A DNA stretch of 64,000 bases from Chiloscyllium plagiosum (lineage: Eukaryota): positions 72,403,655 through 72,467,654 of the forward strand of contig NC_057714.1 of NCBI RefSeq assembly GCF_004010195.1. Reading direction: 5' to 3'. The translations under genes were made by a program, and so were the position numbers. Position 1 is the first letter of the stretch. The number at the start of each line of letters is the position of its first letter. This document shows positions 40,346-50,210 of the stretch, piece by piece. Under the pieces are notes generated by a model. That model saw nothing but the letters and a program-made list of their open reading frames with translations, did not search any database and was not told the origin of the DNA.

Positions 40346-40599
40346 AATATAGATGAATCTATATTTACTTCAGAATCCATGCATATGATTATTTGAAGGA
40401 TCTTAACTAAAACATATTATTAAGGTAACCGATTGATTCAATAATTAAAGAGAGTCACTAACTAAACGTAGTGTGAAATGTTCTTATTTATGTCTTATGC
40501 GTAAACAACTGCATATTCCATCTCAGTTCTGTTATCTTGGGTCCACAGGGCTACTATTGATCGAACATGTGCAGACTACATTAAGCAAATATTTTCCTA

Positions 40600-41710
40600 A
40601 GCTCTCCAGCTACTGTCAGCCACGTTCTGTTGCATTGGCTACAGGCAGCCGTTGAAATTTTGTGCTGCTCTGTCATGGTAAAGTCTACTGCCTGGGCTGC
40701 AGCACTGCCCTCATCGTGGGGGAATATGATGAAGTGGTATGATCTGAGAGGAACCCCATTGGTGACAGTCTGAATACGTTTGTGGTTTGAGCATTACTAG
40801 ATCCTGTACAAATCACCAGTGAATCTTTGGCAGCAGCCTGTTGCATAAATGTTTAGCGCAGACGTCACCTTGACAGGTATTAGGATAGGATGGTTGTCGA
40901 GAGTGTGGTGCTGGGAAAGCAAAGCAGGTCAGGCACATCCGAGGAGCAGGAGTATCAACATTTCAGGCAAAAGCCCTTCATCAGGGTAGGATGGCTATGT
41001 ACCTCTTCAAGTCAGAGTCCTGCTTCAGCAGATGGCCCAGCTATGTGACGGTGTCCTGGGCCATGCTTAGTTATCAGCAGCAATGCCCTTTGCTCATCTG
41101 AAAGAAATGGCATTGAGAACAACAGATTCTGGACTTTCTGTAACTGCTCTGCATCCCAAGGTGTCCTACAGCTGTGACTTCACGAGGAGTCACTGGAGGT
41201 TCATGCTGATCTATTTGTTTATTCTCATTTTCTCCTTGTCTTTGTTGCATTGTTACCCTAGTGATGATGATCGTGCTGTGGAGGATCCATTGGTAACAGC
41301 ACCAATGCTGCTTTGTGTGGTATAATCAGCATTAGAAAAGGTTCTCAGTCAGCATTTGCATCACAGACAAATGACAGTTTAGTATTGTCCTCGATAAAGT
41401 GGGACAGAGAGGACTCCAACAAGGAGGGCCATGGAATAATTTCCCATGATTGTTTGACCAAGTGGACATTATTCTTTTGCATTCAGCACAAGTCATTTCA
41501 CGTAGATAAGTGTGGTGAGACCTTCCACCCCTCCTGCCTCAATTCCCAAGAAAGGCAATATTGCAATATCAGAGCAATGTGGCAAATATTTACAGTTCAA
41601 GATGAGAGGAAATTAGCTCTATGTTTTTGTGCAGCCCAAGAAGATCTTGGGGTAATGAATGTGAATTGTGCAGGTGACACTTTTAAGGTCACTTGTAATT
41701 ACTTCTGATT
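40600..41710 (-). mobile_element. PIF/Harbinger transposase remnant (N-terminal part plus upstream region)
   Basis: FFQMSKGHCC**LSMAQDTVT*LGHLLKQD...PVKVTSALNIYATGCCQRFTGDL; homologous to 26720-27560. Confidence 0.85.
40894..40986 (-). mobile_element. 93-bp PLE-terminal-repeat insert with a degenerate hammerhead
   Basis: Flanked by TAGGATGG direct repeats (40886-40893, 40987-40994); interrupts the Harbinger frame. Confidence 0.8.
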
Positions 41711-42454
41711 CAGAGAAATGACAAAGATTGCATCCTATTACAGTTGGACACTGCATGTTTTCATGAAATATTTCAGGAGCTTCCCATGAAGTGTACCTGC
41801 AATTCTGGGGACTGCCGGTCAAGCTGGAGGCCTGGCAGAGCATGTAGCAAGCTGTAGTGGGCAGGTATCCCCACTGACTTTCCTGTCTGGAACTGGTCAT
41901 GTGTACTTTCTCTCTGTCACTTGGGAGAATAGGAGATTGCATATAAAGGAGGCAAGATTAGGTACAAGTGAGGTGTTAATGCATAAGAGTAACTCCTGTT
42001 AAGTTACTTTTCCCTGCTCCCCTCCACCCCCTCAACAAACTTCTATTTCCTCTCCCTTTTTTCAATTCCTCCTGTTCACTTCCCAAACTTCTAAATAAAA
42101 ATACTTATTTACTGTCCATTTTCTCCATATAAGGGTGATGTGGTTAGAAAGGGAAAGGTGGGAGGCTGACATTTGTTGTTTGCAAAACATTTGTTAAACT
42201 AGTAATTTTGTATAAATAATCCTTTGGAATAAATCAACTAATGTATCTATGCTGTGGCTGACATTGATGAAGTGAAGTTTTACAGACAAACACTAGCATT
42301 TTAACATTGACATTTTCATGAGAATCAGCTTTAAAATGTAAACAATGTTTATGGTAAACCACCTTAACAATATGAACAGGACCTCTCCTTTGCTGAGTTG
42401 CCTGGATCTTTGTCACCCAAGATAAATTCAGACTGGATTCATTAGTTTCCATAC

Positions 42455-42593
42455 CTGTGACCAAAAAATGCAAAAGGCTTCTCTTTAAGGCAGGGCAACA
42501 AGACGCTGGAAATTTCTTCAATAAGCTGCTCAACGCTTTGTGTAATAGGCTCCTTAGAACGGGTTTCTCTTCCAGGAAGGCGTATAGAGTAAA
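42455..42593 (-). CDS. OLAH: OLAH coding exon 2 (VYSIRLPGRETRSKEPITQSVEQLIEEISSVLLPCLKEKPFAFFGHS)
   Basis: RLPGRE and PFAFFGHS motifs of type II thioesterases; tttcag| acceptor and AG|gtatgg donor; 139 nt, phase matches exons 1 and 3. Confidence 0.95.
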
Positions 42594-43422
42594 CTGAAAT
42601 TAAAGAACTTGATTATTGGTGTCACTGCATCTGCAAATTTCAGAAAATAGGCGATTTGTTACTGGAATAGCAGTCAGAATGAAATCTCTTCAGACATTTC
42701 ACACTGTCCTTCCATACCAAGTCATACCATTAGACATTTCCTTATATCTCAGGAATTACTGTCATTTCTTCTTATGGGGTAGACAGGTGCAGCAAGGGAA
42801 AGTGAGATAGGCTGCCAATCCGCCTCCTCCCATTATTTAGCAAAGTAGTGACAAGACTGCTGGGCTTTCCGGATGACTGTATAAATGAGGACAACAAAGG
42901 TCAGACAGGAACACAATTGTAAGCTTCACCACCAATGTTCCTATCCATTTACCACCTGACTAGGGGTGGTAGAGTAAAAGAAAATCCAGGCCCAGTCCTC
43001 TACTAACTTGGCCATAGAACCATCTCAAACTTTCATCATGATGCAAGTATGCAGACAGAATCAGCTATCTTTCCATTCTGATAGGGAACAGAGTTTAATC
43101 AATAGACATGAAGCTCAAGACAGCTTTAAGTTTGAAACTCTTTCTGTTATAGATTGGCAGTTTCACTTTTCTTAAGAACTGAATTTTGACTTTTCTAGAG
43201 CATAATTTGCTGTTGATTTATTGGAAGTCCAGTGAACTAACAGCTGTTGTAGCAGTGGTGTTACCCAGGGGAATATCAGAATGCTATTGATAATCGGTCT
43301 ATTCAGTTATATGAAACTTGTGATTTGGTGTAGACAGAGTTCTGAACTGAGGGACAGTCCACAGTCATATTTGCTTTGTATATTTAACAGAAAATACAGA
43401 TCTCAATACTCGTAGCTGTTAC

Positions 43423-43552
43423 CTTCTATCAAACTGGTAAAGTGTTTTCCCCACTGAGCATAATGAATAGATCCACCTCCAGCCCAGGGAAAGCAGATGA
43501 GTCTGAAAAGAGCTTCAGGTCTTCGATGCAGACAGTTAACTATTTTATCCAT
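43423..43552 (-). CDS. OLAH: OLAH coding exon 1 ([43 protein letters not shown])
   Basis: Manual translation shows the thioesterase II N-terminal motif [11 protein letters not shown]. Acceptor ttacag lies 2 nt before the ATG; donor AG|gtaaca; 130 nt, phase 1. Confidence 0.93.
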
Positions 43553-43754
43553 TTCTGTAACAGAATCAAATATTTAATTAAAAATTGTGGACACTCACGA
43601 AATGCAATCATGATGCTTCAATTTTAGATCTTTGAGCTGCGGTACTGAAACTGTGTACTTTTTTGCTTGGGTATCTGAGTTTGGATCTTATTATAAACTA
43701 TTAACTTAGCATCAGAAAGTTGAGAAATATTAGATAGAATCTCCACATTCAATT

Positions 43755-43870
43755 GGCAGAGGGAGAGCCATGGAGGGTGTGTGAGAGAGAGGCAGGGAGA
43801 TGCAGGGAGGGAGCATGTGTGAAAGAGAGGGAGGGAGGGAGTGTGTGAGTGAGAGAGGGAGGGAGAGCTT
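43755..43870. repeat. GA/GT-rich low-complexity tract
   Basis: Degenerate GAGGGAGGGAG / GTGTGAGAGAG repeats. Confidence 0.8.
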
Positions 43871-46356
43871 CATGACAATTGGCAGAAGCTTACCTTTATT
43901 AGCTAATTGCAACATGAGTTGGATTTGAGGGTTACACCTAGTGAGATTTTTCACCATACTCCTCTCATAAATGCTTGCAACATCTTCCCCCATTTATTGT
44001 CACCTCTGACAACACTAACCCAGTGTGTCCTCTTTGCTGCCTACTCATGCTGGACACCACCCACTTACATCTCTTTTAATGTATGCTTCTCTCCAAGCCC
44101 AATAGGGCAAGAGGAGTCAATAAAGGTGGCGAGCTGCCTGACATTCAGCTCTTGACCTCTTAGGAGAAAATCCTGACTCTGACTGACCATGTTTATGCCT
44201 CTTGACTGGTATCAGAGGCTGTCCTTGACTTACAATGAAAGGCCATTCTGTTCAAAGGCTATCTCCTTTGAGTTAACTAAAACTTGCAAATAAACTTCCT
44301 GGCTTTGGGCCTGCACTTAAATGGCATGGGAATATGGTAGTACTGTAGGCCTGGTATCATGAGCAGAGAAATAAAGTATAAAAAGACAAGGGATGCTGTG
44401 AGCACCGAGGTAGACCCAGAATGAGCTAGCAACCCAACAGTAAACAAAAACGGCTGGATATACAGCCTGGTCTAGTCCATGAATTGGGTGTGTGTGACCC
44501 CGAATGCAGAAGGTCTTTGCAACTGCTTTACAATAATAGTTGCTGGCACAGCCTGTGGTACAGCATTGAAACTCAGAAGTGTACTGTAAGTGGATTGGAG
44601 ATGCACCATTAGAGATGGTGCATATCAGATACCGATGTCAATGGATTGTGGATGAGTTGGCAAATGCCCATGAAGCCTCAGTGCCTGGTGTCCAACCTGG
44701 AAGTCTTTTGGAGCAAACAGTGGACTGGAACCACCAGGTATCCCACTTTAAGTTCCAAGATAAGAACTCTAAACATCTAGCTTGTTCAAAGCATTTGGAA
44801 GCAAAATATTAATGTGGAGAGTCTGGCTGTTCAAAAGGCATTTAACTAGCGAGAAATCTGGGAGGCAATGGCCTAATGGCATTATCGCTAGATTGTAAAT
44901 CCAGAGACAAAAACAGAAATTGCTAGAAAAAGCTCAGCAGGTCTGACAGCATCTGTGGAGAGAAATTAGTTAAGGTTCTGGGTCAAGTGATCATCACTGT
45001 TCTTAGGAACACACTCTTCCTTCCTCACTTCTTTGCCATGCAGGTCTGCACTGTTTAAACATCATTCACAGAATCAAAGAATGACACTGCCCTGAGAGAG
45101 GACTTTCTACACATCCCAGGTTATTATAATGAAAACAAAAACCTTCCAAAGCTAACTTCTGAGAGATGCAACTGTACATTTCTCTTTAATCTAAAAAAGT
45201 GCCACTCACCACTTATTTACATTCAGAATTTTAAAAATTTGGATGTTTCTGTTATTTTTAAACCTTGACTAATTTTGTACATACACAGTCAAAGGATCCT
45301 TCAAACCCAATGTTTCAATTTTGCCAACAAGCCCATACGCGGTATAGTGCCTCAAACTCTTTTTCGCCAAGATACAGGACACAAAGCATCAGACTGCCCT
45401 CACGAGTGACGAGAGGACTAATGACAGTCCACCACCTGAAATGTTGCCTTTCCATTCCATCCCTGGAGAAGCTACCTGATCTCCAGCATTCTTCGTTTAC
45501 CAACACAGCAGGCCCTGTGTCATGTCTAAATTTTGGTTCAGACTGCTTCCCACGTTTACTGATAAAAACTTTTCTGGCAGCGATGCCAACCTGAGCGCAC
45601 GGTGGAAACATTTCACTCGGTGTAACTAATTTACATTTACTGTGCGGGTTGACGGTAGCCTCCAGTATTGGTAACACAGTAATGCAGACACTGCCCCCCA
45701 CTCCACCCCACCCCCGCAGCCGAACAGCCCTTTATAGAGGAAATACATTTACACACACAAATCTCATCCGAACAAAGCCCTGGAAATAGCCGGACGGGCT
45801 CAGCCTTGTTGAGTGCTGGAACGAGCAGAGGTTGCAAGGTTGCCCAAGCAGAGGCTCTGCAGGGCGGGCAGAACAGAGCGAATCCCCGGGGGGTGGAGGT
45901 GGAGGTGGAGGAGGAGGAAGCAGCCAAAATCTGGCTCTCCTAACCTAATGTTTCCACCTACCCCCCACGCCTCCCCATTTCTAATGATACAAAGTTATCT
46001 CAAATCAGACGGAAATCACGAAAAAATTTACTCAACGACAAAATACTTAAAAATACACGAGGGGATTATTTTATTGAAAAAAAATCACACCCACAACTGG
46101 ATAAGATCCAATCCCACCCCCGGAAATGTCCACAGGGAGTCAGTGTGTAATGTCAGGTTTATTTTACCGACAGCGTCACCAATTATTTAAACATTTGGAG
46201 CTGCGCTTGTTATTTTTAATTTATAGAACAAAATCCCTGCGTTCATATCGATTCCAATGTCCTTGACAGAGAATAAAAGCTCAAGGTGCAAACAGAAGAG
46301 AACGAGATTGAGAGAGACAACCTTTTAACCATATTAAAATATGGTTTAAACATCAC

Positions 46357-46760
46357 CTTTTTGCGGAGTGACAGAGACAAAACCCGGAATTGCCGCAGAT
46401 CAGGCAGGTGCATTGCCAGTCGCTCTCGGGACCACCGCAGCCACCGTTTGCGGGGCGGGTGTGACGCGCTAGAAAAAGGAGAAGGGTGTCGGGTGATTAT
46501 GAGGGGCGGAAGCGAGGCGACACGCACGGAAAAGGTTGGGTACATTGTTGCGAGGAGCGGAAGTGAGGCGACACGGACCGAAAAGGTTGGGTACTATGGT
46601 TGGTGACGGGGGCGAGTTGGAAGTGAGGTGAGTGAGATGGGGACGTCGTGCGACAGTACGTGACGGAAGTGGCGCGCGAGGATGTTCTAGTCGTTGGGGC
46701 TGAGGGAGGAGGGGTCGGGCCAGGGAGTTTAGAACAATCGCGTCCTCTGGTTGGTAGACG
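46357..46760. promoter_or_regulatory. CpG island / probable bidirectional promoter including a putative non-coding OLAH first exon
   Basis: Dense CpGs against a CpG-depleted background; GC box GGGGCGGG ~46451; ETS/GABP-type CGGAAG(T) at ~46507, 46558 and 46664; minus-strand donor AAG|gtgatg ending at 46357; plus-strand donors GAG|gtgagt at 46628 and AGA|gtaagt at 46833. Confidence 0.7.
46506..46600 (+). repeat. 51-bp tandem duplication in the promoter (GCGGAAGYGAGGCGACACGSACSGAAAAGGTTGGGTAC x2)
   Basis: Two near-identical copies start at ~46506 and ~46557. Confidence 0.85.
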
Positions 46761-47059
46761 GTTCATCATATTACTGAGTCTGGAAAATTTGCTCAGTAAC
46801 AAAAATAAATCAAATTAAACCAGGAAGACAGAGTAAGTGACTAACTGAAGAATATGGGTATAAAATAAGAATGTCTGCTGCAGTTCAGGTCATTGCTTTG
46901 ATGAGTTATGTGTTGTCGGGCTCTGTGTAAAATATACTCGCTGTGCGTAAGTACATTAAAATCTGTCTACATTTAAAATCCCCGGGCGGTATATTCCTCT
47001 GTTGTCCACACTCCAATCACGTTTCCTGTTTGTACAAATATTTTTTGGATGCGAACAGG

Positions 47060-47540
47060 TGCCTGTGAGGATGGTGTTGTTGGCTGCAGCCTGATAGTTC
47101 GGGGTTTAAAGCCCCACTGTGAGAGAGCTGAGCACACAGTCAGGGCTGACACTCCAGTGCGTTACCGAGGGACTGCTGCACTCTTCACAGTTGCTGCCTC
47201 TCCTTGCGATCTTTCAGCGAGGGCCCTGTCCGCCCCCCCCGAGGTAAACATCAGTGTTTACTGCTCGATAACCCCGGCACGGACACGATGGGCCGTAGAG
47301 CCTCTCTTCACGCCGTGAGACGCTATCCCTTTTTTTTGTTTGTTTAAAACGTCAGGGCAGTTCTGCCCAGTGACCTGACCAATATTTATTCTCCATCCCA
47401 CATTAGTCCAATTGCTATTGTTGGACAGTTCTGCTGAGTTTCCTACAGTTACAAGCAATCACACCTCAAAAGTGCATCGCTGGTGGAAGTACTTTGGGGA
47501 TACCTGGAGGTTGAAAGGTTACCATACAAATGAGAAAATT
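47060..47540 (+). mobile_element. DeuSINE (SacSINE1/AmnSINE1-like)
   Basis: TGAGCACA..AGGGCTGACACTCCAGTGC..GAGGGACTGCTGCAC...GGCCCTGTCCGCC...CCAATATTTAT resembles the DeuSINE consensus. Confidence 0.75.
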
Positions 47541-47699
47541 TATTCTTAATTTTTGAACCCGGTCTGCAATATTGTTGAAAGTAAAGTTTACTACCAATAT
47601 TGGTAACCTTGTATAACTTCAGTTATTTTACAGTATTAATGGCAACTTAATGGACTGGGATAAACAAATACAGAACATAATTCAAATATATTTGATTCT

Positions 47700-48461
47700 A
47701 AGTTTGTGCGAAGATTTGTAGCTCGGGATCTCATTGTTGTGGTTCTGTTCACCCAGCTGGGAATTTGTGTTGCAGACGTTTTGTCCCCTGTCTAGGTGAC
47801 ATCCTCAGTGCTTGGGAGCCTCCTATGAAGCGCTTCTGTGGTATTTCCTCCAGCATTTGTAGTGGTTTGAATCTGCCGCTTCCGGTTGTCAGTTCCAGCT
47901 GTCCGCTGCAGTGGCCGGTATATTGGGTCCAGGTCGATGTGCTTATTGATTGAATCAGTGGATGAGTGCCATGCCTCTAGGAATCTCCTGGCTGCTATCT
48001 GTTTGGCTTGTCCTATAATAGTAGTGTTGTCTCAGTCAAACTCAGACAACAACTCACCAGGACAAAGGGCCCGATACCCAGCATGAGCAAAACCGACTTA
48101 GTGTACAAAATCCCATGCAAGGATTGCACGAAACACTACATAGGACAAACAGGAAGACAGCTAATGATCCGCATCCATGAACACCAACTAGCCAAGAAAC
48201 AACANNNNNNNNNNNNNNNNNNNNNNNNNNNNNNNNNNNNNNNNNNNNNNNNNNNNNNNNNNNNNNNNNNNNNNNNNNNNNNNNNNNNNNNNNNNNNNNN
48301 NNNNNNNNNNNNNNNNNNNNNNNNNNNNNNNNNNNNNNAAATGCCGGAGGAAACATCACAGAAGCGCTTCACAGGAGGCTCCCAAGCACTGAGGATGTCA
48401 CCTAGACAGGGGACAAAAAGTCTGTAACACAAATTCCCAGCTCGGCGAACAGAACCACAAC
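47700..48461. mobile_element. Penelope-like element: inverted pseudo-LTR plus GIY-YIG fragment, 12-bp target-site duplication
   Basis: VYKIPCKDCTKHYIGQTGRQLMIRIHEH; ~47735-47858 is inverted relative to 48339-48461; ATATTTGATTCT at 47688-47699 and 48462-48473. Confidence 0.9.
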
Positions 48462-50210
48462 ATATTTGATTCTGTTGTGCTTCCTTGTGCAGTTTAGTTG
48501 CAACATGTGCTGACTGATAATTACAACACTCTCTCCTAAAGGCCATTGAATACAGTATTATAATCACGTTTTTGACATAACTTCAACAAGTCATCTTTGC
48601 ACGCTTTCTGATTCATTCTTTCTGGGTACTAACATATCAGTTGCTGAATGAAATTTTGGTATTGCCTCTCTTTTGATCTCCTATCTGCTTGATGGTGTTT
48701 TGATAGAACGTTCTGTGGCGAATACACGTCCCACTAGGCTATGCATTAAGAACCGTCTATTATTCTCTGGTTGTGATCCCTTTACTAACTTAATCTGACA
48801 GCAGCTTACATTTTTATAGCACATCTTAATTTGCAGCATTTGTCCAGGTGGTAGGGTTATTGAATAGATATAAGGATGAAAAGATATATTCAAAGAGGTT
48901 TTTATGAGAAGAGGGGTACATATCATGCTAAATAACTTGGGATTGAATGTCAGAAGGCAAGGCAAACTTTAAATGGTATGACAGCATTAGTGACAGTCTT
49001 ACACCAATTGGTGTTTGTGGTGAGTACAATTTAGGAACCTGGTAATGGGATATTAGAGAAATTTGAGTCTAATAGTGAATGTGCATAAAGGTTTCACTGA
49101 CATGGAAATAAAGTAATGACAGAGAGATGTGTGTGCATGGAGTTTTTCAACCTTAGTTTTCCAATCATGGGAGGGATAGATACCTTATGGAAAGGTTGCA
49201 AAGGGAAGCCATAGCGATGAATACCCAGTTTAAAACCCCTGTTCCGAGATACAGATCTAAAGATTGTTGAGTCTGTGCTGAAAAAAAATATGTATTCAGT
49301 CAAATGAAGCAATTTTTTTAAAACTGCAGAAGTTGAAGACCTGAAACAATGACAAAGTGCTAGAGAAACACAAAATCTGGCAGCACCTGTGGAGAGAAGA
49401 ACAGAGTTAGCATTTCAGATCCAGTGACCATTTATCAGAACCAACCTGCTGAATTTTTCCACCAATTTCTTTTCCTGTCAGTATTTTGTATGTTTCACTG
49501 AAATCCCCCCTCCCCCCTCCCTTTTCTCTAAACGCCAATGAATACAGGCCCAGTCAACCTGAGCAACACTGTCCTGCTCTTGTATTCAAACTCTGGAGAT
49601 GAAGGCTGAAAATACCACTGGCTCTCTTAACTGTTGTTCCACCTACAGTGACTGGTGTACAATGGCACCCTGGTCCCTCTGTACATCACAATTTCCCAAT
49701 CTATCATCATTTAAATTATAATGTGATTTTCTATTTTTCCTACTCAAGTAGACTTTTATCAATTCACATTGGTCTGCTGTGAATTTGCCTGCAGAACTTG
49801 TCTAAATGGCCCTGAAGCCATGTATTTATTCTTTATCATTCAATCCTACCTCCTTCCCATCGGCAAATGTGGAAATATTTGATTCCTTTATCCAAATTTT
49901 GTGTCTGTGTGTGTTTGCATATGTAAAATATTTGCTCCCTTGCCCTGGCTTCCTTTGCCTTCTGCTTTTGATTTCTACTTATCATCACTTCCATCTTTGT
50001 TTCCCTCACTCTTGTGTCCCTGCTCAGATTCCCATCCCCATGCCATTCTGGTTTAAACCCTCCTTGATTGCGCTAACCGATGCCCCAGCAAAGCCTATGT
50101 CCTTGTCCTGCTGGGATGTAACCCATCCAGCTAGTACAGGTTCCATCTTCTCCATAATGAATCAGTGCCTCAAGTGCCTGACACTCTCCCTCCAACACTT
50201 TCTTTCTATT

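Noticed and set aside
45315-45701. 128-aa minus-strand ORF between the promoter and OLAH exon 1
   Set aside because: No recognisable homology; OLAH has its own ATG right after an acceptor. It might be an alternative UTR exon, but nothing supports that.
46506-46600. Repeat-spacer-like pattern (CRISPR?)
   Set aside because: Only two copies in a vertebrate CpG island and no cas genes; a simple tandem duplication.
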